64,000 nucleotides of DNA from the NCBI RefSeq assembly GCF_004010195.1, contig NC_057753.1:3317514-3381513 (forward strand). The letters run 5' to 3'. Each line of letters begins with the position of its first letter. Positions within the stretch are counted from its first letter, which is position 1. The position numbers were made by a program, and so were the translations under genes. This DNA comes from Chiloscyllium plagiosum. Lineage: Eukaryota. Shown here one piece after another: positions 23,930 through 37,339 of the stretch. Below the pieces are notes generated by a model that saw nothing but the letters and a program-made list of their open reading frames with translations, was not told the origin of the DNA and did no database searches.

Positions 23930-24820
23930 TGGAAGACATGATTAGCAATGTTGAGGATGACAGCAGAACTGGTGGCATCGTGGACACTAAAGAAGGTCAT
24001 GTCAGATACAAAGAAATCTTGATCAATTGGATCAGGAGTGGCAGATAGAATTTGATTTGGATAAATGTGAGGTATTGCATTTTCATAAATCAAGTAAGAG
24101 CAGGATTTATATAATAAAAAGTATAGCCTTGGATGGTATTGTCGAATAGAGACACCGAGGTGTTCAGGTACACAATGCTTTGTAACGTGCACCACATGTA
24201 GATAGGGTGGCCAAGAAGAAATTTAGCACACTTGCATTCATTGCTCAGAGCTTTGAGTCTAGGAATTGGGACGTCATGTTGAGTTTGTACGAACGTTGGT
24301 GTTCACTTTTCTTGCGTGGTGTTCAGTTCTGCTCACCATGATATAGGAAGGATATTATTAAACTGGAGAGGGTTCAAGTGTTTCTAGGAGTGGATGGTTT
24401 GAGTTATAAGGAGAGGCTGGACAGATAGGGATTTTTTTCACTGGAATTAGAAGTTTGAAGGGTGACCTAATAGACGTTTATACAATCATGAGGGTATAGA
24501 TAACGTGAATGGCAGGTGTCCTTTTCCTCGGGTTGGGAATTTCAAGACCGGGGGCATATTTGTATCGTGAAAGGAGAAAGATTTGCAAGAAGACATGAAG
24601 TACATCTTTTTTAAACAGGGAGTAGTACGGACTTCCAGAGGAAGTGGTGGATACGGGTATGGTTGCAATGTTTAACAGACATTTAGATAAGTACATGCAT
24701 AGGACAGATTTTGAGAGGTATGTGCCAAGCGCAAAGGAGGTGCAATGAATTTAGTTTGGGATTATGGATGACATAGACTGTTTGGATCAAAGTGTCTGTT
24801 TCTGTGCTGTATAACTCGAT
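23930..24820 (+). mobile_element. Old CR1 LINE 3' portion
   Basis: Degenerate CR1 ORF2 end and 3' UTR. Confidence 0.7.
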
Positions 24821-26023
24821 GATGAAAAGAAAGTTCTCACTTCGACCGAGACTGCTGGTTATGTTTGATTCCAACATGTTCACTAATAAAGAACACGTCA
24901 CTCCGCCCTCACAATAAGCTCATTATTTTGAACCGAGGTCCCGAGACCATCCTGGGGCCTTGGATGTGCGGTTCGACGGCAATACCACGAGGCAATAGCT
25001 TTCCCTTATGATACTGCGATTTGGCAAGTGAAGGTGTGAATGAAGTGCTGACCAGCACAGAAGTCATCCATTGTGGCAGCCCGCTGTCTCAGGGGGTTGG
25101 AGGACTGTGTGTATTTATTCACGTGCACTCCACAAGCGAATGACCACGACAGTATGTGAATGCACAGAGGGTTATACATATTCCTTTTCCTCTTCCCGTA
25201 CGGAATTTTCTGGGCCATCTGGATATCAGCTGTGACAATATTAGGACATTGTCATATATCCTTCTAAAGCATGGAATCTAAAGCCTTCTTTCACCAGCCG
25301 TGGCATTTGCTCAGCCCCACACCCCTGCCACATGCTCCCACTCTGCAAGACTGGTTGTATTGTGACGACTTTATCAATAGTCTTGATGAGAGACAGATTT
25401 TACTCGGCTAAACTGATGATTGATTCTGATGGATTCTGGTTAAATTTTGCAATTTACTCGAAATGCCATTGCACGTGAAAGCAAATATAGAAGTTTTGAA
25501 CATGTTGTTAAGTGTAATTTAATGACAGATTAAGAATACAATTAATAATGAGCAAGTATGAACTGGTATTTCAGGAATGAGCAGTTTGGAAGAAGGATGT
25601 AATTACATTGACATCTCAATTATCCATCTTTCATTACCGATAGAGTACATGGTGATCAAGTAACTCGGTGCATTATTCTTACACAGCAAATTCCAATGTT
25701 CAGTTCCAATGAAGATTGCCCAGCCATAGCGCTCAAATGTGGAACTCACTGATGTCAAACTTGGGAATTAGCATTCAGGCGAATGAGCAGGTGAGAGAGG
25801 TCGTGGGTATGAGGGAACACCAATGGGCTTATGGCTGTCACTGTGGTGTAGCAACAGGGAAATCTCTGACCAGATTAGACAGCCCTGACTGGACAAAGGG
25901 GTGGAGCTGAACAGTCTTTTGGTGGAACCAAGCATCTGGCTGCACATGTGAAAGATAATAAATGACCTGAAGTTCTTTACTAAAATGCCTGAAGTGCGCA
26001 GTGTACCCTTTAAAAAAAAAGCA

Positions 26024-27966
26024 TCACCATTTTAAAAGTTTAATAAGCAATCTCTGTGGATATTTCAACCCATTCCTTAACTCGTCTCTGAACTTATTCT
26101 GGGTCCCTGCATAAATAAACGGATTGATGCAGGAGCTCAGCAACTGAAGCATATACCCGGATTCCTCCAGGATAAAGTATGAGATGTTATCATCATAAAC
26201 CGAGTAATAAACCACCTTTGCGATTCGGACGTAGAAACACTGTTGCAAAAAATACCGAATAAAACAAAACAAAACTACCTGAAATGCCAAAGAGTAAGAT
26301 AATGGACTTCTTCCGTTTCTCCATCTCTGGATCAGTCTGATCCTCTCCATTGCTCAGGATTCGGAGTCTCCTGCGGGCTCGATTGGCCACTAAGATATGC
26401 CTGACAGTCAGAGCATTGAGCAGCAAAATCAGAATGAATGGGAGGCAGGGGACCAGAATGGAACGGATCAAATCATATGCGGCCCAGGCCTGTGAGGTAC
26501 TAAATATTAATTTTAGAACACAGAACCAGGGCACGTCATTAATTACGTACAATGGTTCAAATATAAAATATGAAAACACATTTTTACTACAGCTCAGCAC
26601 GCAGACGCCTCCTATCACCCACTTTGCTGTTATTTCTGTACAGTATTTGACTTTCAGCTTCTGGCAGCAAATGGCCACAAATCGATCAAAGGTGAAAGCG
26701 ACCGTTAACCAGGCAGAAATATCGATGACTGAATAAATTAGGACAACGCGGAGACTGCATACCGGTGTGATGGATAAGAAGCTGAATGGGAAATAAATGC
26801 CAGCAGTTCGGTTTATAATCACATTAACAGTAATGACCAAGAGATCTGCTAGCGCCATGGATACCACATAGTAAATGATGCATCCAGTGAGACCACATTT
26901 TCTTCGGTACAAGATTACAATCACTGACACATTAGCTGAAACAGAGAGAATGAAGAGGGAATAGTGAGAATTATGCCCGAGAGAGTGAGAGCAATGATAT
27001 CATTAGTTCAAATTTCAGCAAAATCGTACAGTTTGCACAATTCTGTGTGAATGCCAGAGAGTTGTGACTAGCTTTTGCTTCACTCTCTTTACCTGACAAC
27101 GGGGTAATGCTCTGAAAGTTTGTGATTTCAAATAAACCTGTTGGACTATAATCTGGTTTATTCTCGATAACATCTCCTTTGAGATTTGCAGCTCAGGTTG
27201 AGGTTCTGGATGTAAGTGTGCTCACTGCGCTAGAAGGTTCATTAGCAGTCATTTCGTCACCATACTAGGTAACATTATGAGTGAGCCTCTAGAACGTCAT
27301 CTGGAGGCTCACTGACGAGGTTAGTGATGAAAGGTCTGACAAAAATCTTCCAGCTCAATGGTCAAATGTACATCCATATATAAAAACTGTTCAGGCAGCT
27401 ACCATTAAGGGCAGGAATACACTGCCTGATTGCATGATGGAGGCAACGTTCAAAATTGAATTGAACACTGTGCAGCTTTACAGGGAGAATGTGGGAGAAT
27501 AGCATCAATTGAATTGTTTATCTGCAGAGCCGATACACACAAGATTAGCAGAATGCCTTCCTTCAGCTATCAAGTTCATGGAGAAAGTCAATGTGGAAAC
27601 ATCTTAAAGAAACTCAACTAGTAATGAAGATAAAGCATATTCATAACATAGACGATTAATAATGACAAACACAGTCAACAAGTCAAGTAAAATAACTCAA
27701 ATAACGTGGAGAATATTCTGACGGATAGATTTTAAAAATGGGATCTTAAGATAGAAGAGCCTAACTATTAAAGAAGAAATCAGAGTACTTTAAGTTGGAG
27801 AAGAGATATCCGCAATGTGAAAATGGACTATTAATGTTAAGCAAAGAGGGTTGATTCAACAAATCATCGAGTTAGGTCATAATTACAAATCTTTACCTGG
27901 TATCCCGATAGCTGCAAGAAAGTTATAATAAATGGAAAACAACAGGCCTTTTGGTGATATGTGCAT
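26024..27966 (-). pseudogene. GPR139/GPR142-like class A GPCR copy A: two exons, one +1 frameshift (pseudogene or sequence error)
   Basis: Exon 1 is 27966-27897 (MHISPKGLLFSIYYNFLAAIGIP), followed by a GT-AG phase-1 intron at 27896-26936 and exon 2 at 26935-26024. Motifs FTFDRFVAIC and CINPFIY are present. One extra base near 26234 splits ORFs 26193-26930 and 26024-26350; corrected length is 326 aa. Confidence 0.85.
27190..27378. mobile_element. Decayed palindromic Penelope-terminal remnant (second family), intronic
   Basis: Arms are inverted around GAGCCTC...GAGGCTC and carry residual CTGACGA...GAAA motifs. Another terminal remnant lies at about 27090-27158. Confidence 0.55.
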
Positions 27967-28017
27967 TTCTGTCAGAGGTTTGAAGCACATTGCATGCTGC
28001 ACTGTAATTTTCCACAC

Positions 28018-28051
28018 TTATATACGAGTCAGGCCCAAAGGGTTTAATTAG
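28018..28051 (-). promoter_or_regulatory. GPCR A proximal promoter: TATA plus O/E-like and homeodomain composite
   Basis: TATATAA on the minus strand at 28024-28018; CCCAAAGGG-T-TTAATTAG at 28034-28051. Confidence 0.55.
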
Positions 28052-28549
28052 TTGGTTGAATTTTTTTACAGAAATTGCCATGTTTACCAAAACAAAACAG
28101 ATAAGTGCAGCTGCATTTCTCCATACTTTGATGGTCTGAATCTAGAATGGGAAATGTCCAGGGATTGGAAAATGCCTTGACTGCCTTTACCAAAGTTCAT
28201 GGCCTGGGTTTTCAGTTCATGGCTGAAACAATTGGGTTTTCTCATGGTCAAGCTTAAAGGTGCGAATTCTCCTTGTTTGCTGTCACTGCGATTAAATACA
28301 ATCTCTGGCCGATGCATTGTTAGCCAAATAAAGTTCCGGTGCAGCCCAGCGAAGAGGCCAAATCTGGGAAAAGACACTCCCAATTATTGCATGACTGGTT
28401 GAATACAATCTTGTTCATACCCGTTTTTAGCTCAAAGATAGCGATATACTTTCTGATGACACTTATTATTTCTTCCAAACGCAATAAAAACTTCATTTTG
28501 TATTCATTTAATTCTGTTGAAAATACACTGGTCTTCCTACGTAGAACAT

Positions 28550-28876
28550 CACCAAAGATCTGTCGTCAGCACCTTCCAAACCCACGACCACTTCCATCTA
28601 GAAAGAAAAGGCCAGCGGGAACTTGGGAACGCGACTACCTGCAAGTTCCCCTCCAAGCCGCTCACCATCCTGACTTGGAAATATACCGCCATTCCTTCAC
28701 AGTCGTTGGGTCAAAATCCAGGAATTTTCAAACTACCAGCATTGTGGGTCAACACACAGCAAGTGGACTGCAGCGAGTCAAGAACACAGATCACCACGAC
28801 CTTTTCAAGGGCAAATGGGGATGGGCTATCAATGCTGGCCAGCCAGCGACGCCCAAGTCCCACAAATGAATAAAAC
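28550..28876 (+). mobile_element. L2/CR1-group LINE 3' end
   Basis: RQHLPNPRPLPSR and tail ATGCTGGCCAGCCAGCGACGCCC...AATGAATAAA. Same family as the copy at 55200-57248. Confidence 0.75.
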
Positions 28877-29579
28877 AAATCAGTTTGGATGCTGTAAATC
28901 TGAAATAAAACCATAAATACTCGAGAAGCTCAGAAGGGCAGGAAACATATTTGCAGAGAGAAAGTTAACATTTTGAATCCTATATTCCTGTTCATTACTC
29001 ATGTGAAACTCTGTTTTCAGCGCCAGATCAGAGATGCAGATTATTGTAGATGAAAATCACCTTCTGTCTCCCCAAAACCTGGCAATCTACAAAGCCATCT
29101 ACAAGGCACAAGTCAGAGGTCTGATGGAATATTTCCCCCAGGGTTGTACGAGGGCAGGTCCATTAACACTGGAGAGGTTTGGCACCAATGGAGGAGGAAA
29201 CAGCCCTCAGCAAGTGGGACGTGACCTCGGGCCTCCTAGCTCAGTAGTAAAGACGCTACTACTGCACCACAAGCACTTTACTGCACATGTATGAACACAT
29301 GTATGCGTTAGTTGGAATGCATATGGAGTAAGTGAGTATGAACAACAGAAGTGGAAACCAACTCAGAGTAGGGTACACTACTGCATGTTGTGCATCATAA
29401 ATTCATTCAGCTTGTTATGATCACAGAATGCACGAGACAATGTGTGGGTAGACGGGACGCAGTGAATGCCATGAACAAAAACAACAAAGAATCGATATTA
29501 ATGTATTTTCTATATGTACAATGTTTTACACACACGCATATATATATATATATATATATTTCATCTTCATGAAGTAAAT

Positions 29580-30470
29580 GGTTTAGTAATTAAATTGAAT
29601 AAATACTTTTCCCCGTTATTCAATTTTTCTCACATTTACTCTGTGCACAGACATAAACACTTGAGCTGATGCAATAACTCAAGAGCTCAAGACATTTTCA
29701 TCCAGACTAAGTAACAAATTAGAGAAATTGGACCCCGAAAAATAAGTGACATTTGTAATTTGAGTGAAATTAAAAATACTGAATAATATAAAGTGAAGCT
29801 GTCCGACATGGCAAAGATTAAAACAATGGACCTTGTGCATTTCTCCATGTCAGACCCCCTCTGATTCTCCACTTTTCTGAGCCCAGAGTCTCCGACGAGC
29901 GTTATTGGCCATTGGAATGTGACTGATCTTCACAGCATTGAGCAGTGAAATCAAAATAAATGGCAGATAATGTGTTAAAATGATGAGAATCCAGGCAGAT
30001 ACAACTAATATTGGTGAAATCAAACATATTGATTTTCCTTGAAAAAAACAACAGGGTATACTGTCAATCATGAAGAAGACTTGTCCAAAGTACAGAGGGA
30101 TGTTTACAGCAGAATTCAGTTCACAGATAGTTTCTATTATAATAGCTGACTTTTTCTTGATATAGGGCTTTGTCTTCATATTTTGGTAGCACATAGCAAT
30201 TGAACCATCAAATCTGAAAGCAGCCACTATCAGACAGAACAATCTCTGAATCCCTTTTTCAGAAAAAACGCCAAACGACAGATTGGATTGAAGGATAGCA
30301 AACTGAATGGACGATAAACACGTAGAATACTGTTTTCGATCACAGCTGTAAACATGCACAGATCTGTCGAAACCAATGACTTTGGTGTTTGCATGTTCGG
30401 TATCAATCAGGAGAACTATGCATACCTTGAATGTGAACAAACTGTCTCTCAAGACATTTTAATGTCACTA
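29580..30470 (-). pseudogene. GPR139-like GPCR copy B, heavily decayed exon 2
   Basis: AFRFDGSIAMCYQNMK (decayed FDRFVAIC), YLPFILISLLNAVKISHIPMANNARRRL and DMEKCTRSIVLIFAMSDSFTLYYSVF, in different frames. Confidence 0.85.
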
Positions 30471-32354
30471 ATGAGAAAGGTGAAACATACAAGTGTAATG
30501 AAGGCTCATTATGCTAGTGAAGGATAGCTATAATTAAATGGAGGGTTGAAATGGACAGTTGGAAGAAATGATGCTCTTTGGGGGTCGGGCAAATCATACC
30601 TGTTAAAGGTTAAAAACTAGTTTGTTTTTGTTAATGGACAAGTGATCTGTTTAAATGTAGAAATGACATCACTACCATGGAGAAGTACGCGATGAAAATG
30701 AGAAAATGAGAGCTATGCAAATAATCCCATAAGTAGCAATTGGCTAAGATTCTATGCCTGGAAGCCCGATTTTTGGAAGAAATGGTTAGTAAATGACAAA
30801 CACTAAGACTTTTAGTAATGAATGCATTTCTGGTCAAAAATTTGAGCATGTTATTCATTATGTTCCCAGATGGTCATGTCTTCTCTTCACGTCTTTCTCC
30901 ATGCAGAATATTAGTTGGTTTTCCCTGCTACATTAATGGTAATAATTGAAAGTGAAAAAAAAAAACACAACTTCATGAAGTTTTCACTGGCCTTACCCAC
31001 ACGTTGTAATGAAATGGATATTTTTGCAACTGCATGTTTTCCAATATTGAAACGCACAGAGATGATAAAAAGCTCATCGCGCTTTCCTTTTGCTCACTCA
31101 AAACAAAACGTTCAATGAAAAAGAGAAGATTTAACGTGGAGGACAAAACTGGAGTCGAAGAATTACTACCTTTAGCTCCTCAATGGTGAATTCAATGATG
31201 ATTGCACAATTTACAATTGAGCACGAATATTTTGAATAAATAAATGATAAATGCCAAATTTAATTGACACCTTATAAGGGCTGTCACGCAGTTTTCTGCA
31301 TTTTCTTTGCGGAGTAGTCGAGTTCAGTAATGTTACAGTTATATGTTATATTCAGCTCAGTTTTGGTGTGAGTTAATGTAGTCCAGATTAATTATATATT
31401 GTGTGTATGAGTTCACATGACGGTGTTGACTTTCAGAATGAAAAGGCTAATTCCTGCATGGTGGCGCTCAATTCCATTTCAGCACAGGTAAATTCTGGCA
31501 TTGTTCGCACTGATTAATCCGGGACAAGATTCGTGTGGTTTTCTTCGAAGTCTAGCTCCGTGTCATTACTTTCAGTGCGGCGATACCGCACTGATAGAAT
31601 CAATGGAAACATGCTCAGCCACTATTATGGTGAATATAACTAAGGTAGAAAATGTCCATTTGGTGTTTCCAAGTGCATTGCAGTACATGATTTTATTTAG
31701 TGAAAACACGTACAGGTTAAAGTCGGCACATTCACAGTACAGAGGCTAAATTCAGTGAAATCACACACTGAGTCCAAAATAATCCAGTTCCACGTCCTGA
31801 GCTGACAAGGTATTATTCAGCACGTTTACTTTCAGTGTGTATACATCGACCTTAAAGGTTTATTGTCAGTGTGGGATGCGACACAGCATTAAGGTCAAGT
31901 TCAGTTTTTAATAACAGCAAAATTGGCTGGAATTAATGTTCAGGGTCAGCAGCACAAATTGCCATATATTATCAGACCTGTTGAAAGTTTACACAATTTA
32001 ATAATTATTCTTCAATTTAAATGTCCTAAACCGTCTTTGCTCTGTATTATATGTTTACTTGTACATGAATATTTCAGCACATATTCAATCATTACGTATA
32101 TAGTTAGATCAGCATAGCTCTTTACAGTTTATACAGATCAAGTTATGTAATGTTAGATTTGGCGTGGACTTCGCTTCAGTCTGCCATCATGTATTGCGAA
32201 AACTTTCAGTTCATTCCCTTCCCACTCCAATGCCTAATTCTTCAGTTATCCTTTGACAGTTCTGGATGCCTGTCATACTTTAATTTTCACCAAAAAACAT
32301 TTAAAAACTCTGTATTTGCAAATACAGGCAACGGCATCCCATTGCTCCCAGCAG

Positions 32355-32642
32355 AGGCGGCACGGGGGCTCAGTGGTTAGCACTGTTGCCGCACAACACC
32401 AGGATTCCGGGCTCGATTCCAAGCTCGGGTGACTGTCTGCGTTGAGTTTGCGCATTCTCCCCGTGTATGCGTGGGTTTCCTCTGGGTGCTCCGGTTTCCG
32501 TCCACAGATGTGCAGGTTGGATGAATTGGCCATGCTTAAATTGCTAATTAGGTGCATTAGTCGGAGGGAAAAGAGGTTTCGGTGGGTTGGTGTTCGCCTG
32601 TTAGGCCGAAGGGCCTGTTTCCACACTGCAGGGAATCTAATC
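32355..32642 (+). mobile_element. HE1-like SINE
   Basis: Head, V-domain and tail match the other copies. Confidence 0.85.
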
Positions 32643-33299
32643 ATGTTGTCTTGTACACAAATCATGCAATTTTCATTGCTAATCCCTTTCCTCAATTTAA
32701 AGTTTTGAACGATTAATTTATGCTTTAATTTAACTACATCCTTCATATAAATCTGTTTCCATGTGTCAACTCATGTGGCAGAGCCATGTCTGCATTATGT
32801 CGTACGTGTGCACCTCGTTTATTGCAGTCCTAATCTTCATTTGTGCCTGACGTCTGTATCCGTGCACTATCCCCTTTGCTAAATATAACGCATTTATTTC
32901 AACATTCTCCCTCCTCAAGCTTTTATTTGGTCTCTGGAAACTCCCTGTGTTTCCCAAATTTGAAGTTCATTCGCCTGGCCATAGACCAAATCCCATTATA
33001 CATTTTAGGTCCTTACCTCCAGAAACACTTGCCACCACAGATGTCAGCTTTCTGCAAAATGGACTCACTCTGTGAGCTCAAAGAAAAACGTCTGGAGGCA
33101 CTGGATCCTGCAAAACTACAGTCCCTGGCAACATTCTGGCAACAGTACTGAAGTCTTGTATTCCAGAATGTACCACACACAAAGTCAAGCTGTTCCAGTA
33201 CAACCACAACACTGACATTTACCATGAAAATGTAGAAAATATACCACCCTATTTGTTGCACACACAAAAAAAGGAAAAATTCAATGAAGTCTTCCACTG

Positions 33300-34310
33300 T
33301 TCCATCAGTCTAGTCTTGATCATCATTAAAGTGATGGAAAGTGACATCACAATGTTTTAAGATCCTTAATTTAAAAGAAAACAGAAGCTGGATTTCAGAG
33401 ATGAGGTGGAAGTGACTGCCCTTGAAATTGAAAGTGAAACTACATTTGACAGAATAAGGTATAATGGAGCTGCATCGAAACTGACGTCAGTGGGTAACAT
33501 GAGGTAACAGTCTGGTGGTTTGTGTTTTGGCTGGCAAAAAAGCTGTGGTCGTTGTAGGTCTGTCAAATCACCTATAGGATATCACTGCAGGAGTTTCACA
33601 GAGGAGTGTCTTCGGTCCAACCTTCAGCTTCAGCGGCTTTACATCATCACGAGATCACAAGTTGCAGCTTTGCCGGTGAATGCACAATGACCAATCTTCT
33701 GTTGCTGAAGCAGTGCACACGAAAATATGCAACACCGTGACGTTAACAAAGCTTGAGATGACAAAAGATCCAAACGTGTTTCACACCAGAGAAGTGCCAG
33801 GCATGGACCATTTCCAAACAAAAGACAACCTGACCATTGTCTCGTGACACTCAATTACACGACTACCACTGACTGTCAACATCCTGAGGTGGAATTGAAC
33901 TGATCTAATCATATTAATGCTGTCGCCACGAGAGCAGCTCAGAGACTCGGAATCATGCTGCCAGTAACTCTCCACCGGACCTCCTAACAGGTTCGCACCA
34001 TTTTAGAAACCAAGTTAGGAGTGTGATGGGATGCACCTCATTTGCCTGGATATGTGTCGCTTCAACATCGCTCAAGAAGTTGACAACATTCAGGACTAAA
34101 CAATTTGCTCGATCTGCACGACATCCAGAGCTCTTCACTGGCTCTACGAGCAGCAATGTGCACCATCTCAAAAGGTAGACTGCATAAGGTGCCCAAAGAT
34201 AATGAGGCAGTACCCTCCAAACCAGCAAACACCTCTCTGCAGATGGACTCCGGTACCAAATAGAAGAGAATACATTTATGGCATTGCATAAGTTCACTTT
34301 GCAGTTGTAT
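33300..34310 (+). mobile_element. Old L2/CR1-group LINE fragment
   Basis: Degenerate match to the element at 56030-57000. Confidence 0.55.
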
Positions 34311-35099
34311 GAATTTCTTACCGGCATTTTCCACCTGGTCTCACCCATTGGGAATATCATGGACATGCTGGTGTTTAATTGGCACGAGAGACATATCTTT
34401 GCTGATATAAACTGCACAGCTTTTTTATTTGACTGTCATTCATCGAGTTATCTGAGTAAAGCGTCCTTATCCATCTGTTGATATGAACACATCCTAGGAC
34501 CTTTCATAACTCATACCTTAAATGTTTTGTCAAGAATTTGTTTGGGGGAGGTAGTTTGCAACTCTGCGTCCTGCATGCATTCAGTGTCGGACCCTTGGAA
34601 GCTCTGGCAATGGGAAGAGCACATAAAATGCCTGCAGACGATGCCTTCTTGTGACAATGCAGCAGTGCTACTCCGATTCTGTAATCAGTTATAGGTATCT
34701 GGCTTTTTGCGCTAGCAGGTCTCTGTAAACGATCTCGCTTGGTGAACATTGAAAAACAAGGTTCATGACTGGCTCTGATAGTTCCTCTTCAAAGAAATTG
34801 CCGCATCTGCCCTTATTACAAAATTTAAATGAAAACGCACCATTTTAAGTCGTTATCTCTTCCATCATTAACTAAATTTGGCGGATGATGAAATGTATTA
34901 ACACTGTGTTGAACGTCGAGGAGGGTTTTATTGAGCAGTACGTCAATCATCCAACTCAGGAAGGAGTCATTCTGGAACCTGGTTTTGGGGAATGAGCCCA
35001 GCCAGGTGGTTGAACTTTCAGGAGGGAATTATTTTGGAAATGGAGATCACAATTCCTTAAGTTGTAGAATACTCTTGAACAAAGACGAGAGTTGTCTGA

Positions 35100-37330
35100 A
35101 ATGAAGAACGTAGAACAATACAGTGGAGAACAGTACCTTTGGCCCTCGATGTAGTGCCGACCTGTGATATAATCTAAGCCCATAGCCCTACACTATCCCA
35201 TCATCATCCATTTGCTTATCCAAGGATTGTTTTAATCTCCCTAATGTGGGTGAGTTAAATACATTGGTAGGCAGAGCATTCCACGCCCTTACCACCCTGT
35301 GAATAAAGAACCTGCCTCTGACATTTGCATTAAATCTATCACCGCTCAATTTGTAGCTATGCCCCCTCTCCGTGAAAGCTGACGTCATCACCCTAGAAAA
35401 AAGACATTCACTGTCTCCCCGATGTAATCCTCTGATCATCTTGCATGTCTCCATCAAATCCCCTCTTTGCCTTCTTCTTTCCCATGACAACAGACCCAAG
35501 TCTCTCAGCCTTTCCTCATAAATCCTTCCCTCCAGACCAGACAATATCCTGGTAAATCTCCTCTGCACCTTTTCAATGCTTCCACATCCTTCCTGTAATG
35601 GAGCGACCAGAACTGTACACCAGAATTCCAAGGGCTGCCGTACTAGCGTTCTGTATAGTTGCAGCATGACATCACGGCTCCGGAACTCAGTCGCTCTACC
35701 AATAAAACCGAACACACTGTATGCCTTCTTAACAGCACTAAAAAACCTGGGTGGCAACTTTCAGGGATCAATGTACATGGACACCACGATGTCTCTGCAC
35801 ATCCACACTACCAAGAATCTTTCCATTGACCCAGTATTCCGCCTTTCTGTTCTTCTTCCCAAAGTGATCACCTCAGATTTGTGTACATTGAACTCCATTT
35901 GCCACCTCTCAGCCCAATTCTGCTGTCTATCCAAAATCCCCTGCAGCTTGGAACATTCTTCCACACTGTCCACTACTTCACCAACTTTACTGTCATCTGC
36001 AACTTACTAACTTAACCACCGATGCCTGCGTCTAAGTCATTTATAAAAATGAAAAATAGCAATGGTCCCAAATCAGATCCTTGTGGCACATCACTGGTAA
36101 CTGGACTCCAGGCTGAATAATTTCCACCGACTACCACTTGTTGCCTTCTTACAGAAAGCCAGTTTCTAATCCAAACTGCTAAATCATCCTCAATCCCATG
36201 CCTCTGCATTTTCTCCAACAACCGACCATGTGGAACAACATCAATGGTTTTACTGAAGTCCATGAGTACCACATCAACTGTCTAACCCTCAGCCACTTGC
36301 TTGGTCACCTTCTCAAAAACCTAACGTGGTCTGTGAGACATGACCTCCCTTTGACGAAACCACGTTGACTATCTGCAATCAAATTATTGATTGCTTGATG
36401 ATTATAAATCCTATCCCTGATAATCATTTCCAAAACATTTTCCTACAACAGATGTAAGTCTCACTAGTCTATAATTACCTGCGTCATCTGTACTGCCCTT
36501 CTTGAATAAGGGAACAACATTTGCAATCCTCCAGTCCTGTGGAACTAAACCTGTAGATAAGCCGAATCAAAGATCAAAGACAAAGTCCCCAACACCTCCT
36601 CCCTTGCTTCCCAAAGAATCCTCCGATAAATCTCGTTCAGCCCAGGGGACTTGTCTATTTTCACTCCTTCTAGAATTAATAACATGTCTCCCTTATTAAC
36701 CTTTATCCTTTCTATTCTAACATCTCGTATCTCATTCTTCACCTCTGCAATATTCTTCTTTCCCTGAGTGAAAATGGATGATAAATATTCGTTTTGTACC
36801 TCTCTGATTTCCCTTGGGTCAACACACAACTTCTCACTTCTGCCTTTGACTGGTTCTATTCCTGCCCGAGTCATCCTTTTGTTCCTCACATCCGGCACTG
36901 TGGCTCAGTGGTTAGCCGTGTAGCCACACAACGCTCAGGAACCCGGCTTCGATTCCAGCCTCTGGCGGCTGTCTGTGTGACGTTTGTGCGTTCTCTCCGT
37001 GTCTGTGTGGGTTTCATCCCACAGCCTGGTGCAGGCCCGTTGAACTGGCGATGCTCATATGCCTATAACGTTAGGTGTGCTAGTCAGGGGTAAATACAGG
37101 GGAATGGGTTTGGGTGGGTTAATCTTCGGAGAGTCAGGGTGGACTTGGTGGGCTGAAGGGCCTGTTTCTATACTGGAGGGAGCCGAATCTAATACCTATA
37201 GAAAGCTTTAGGTTTCTCCTTTATTCTGCCTGCTAAAGATTTTCATGTCCTCGCTTTGCTCTTCTTAACTCTCTCTTTAAATCCTTCCGAGCCAATCTGT
37301 AACTGTTCATCACCTTATCTGAACCATCTT
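35100..37330 (-). mobile_element. CR1 LINE (RT region to 3' end) interrupted by a SINE
   Basis: [47 protein letters not shown]. Confidence 0.9.
36893..37192 (+). mobile_element. HE1-like SINE
   Basis: Degenerate SINE consensus. Confidence 0.8.
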
Positions 37331-37339
37331 GTATCGTTT

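Noticed and set aside
24920..25400. Faint integrase-like wording on the minus strand (LISRWP)
   Set aside because: Too degenerate to support without a profile search.
29525..29558. (CA)/(TA) microsatellite; also (TG)n near 8340-8378
   Set aside because: Ordinary simple repeats.
30990..31080. Possible exon 1 of GPCR copy B (ATG...TGG|GTAAGG on minus)
   Set aside because: The peptide lacks the YY..LAAIG.P pattern and the intron phase does not match the paralogs.
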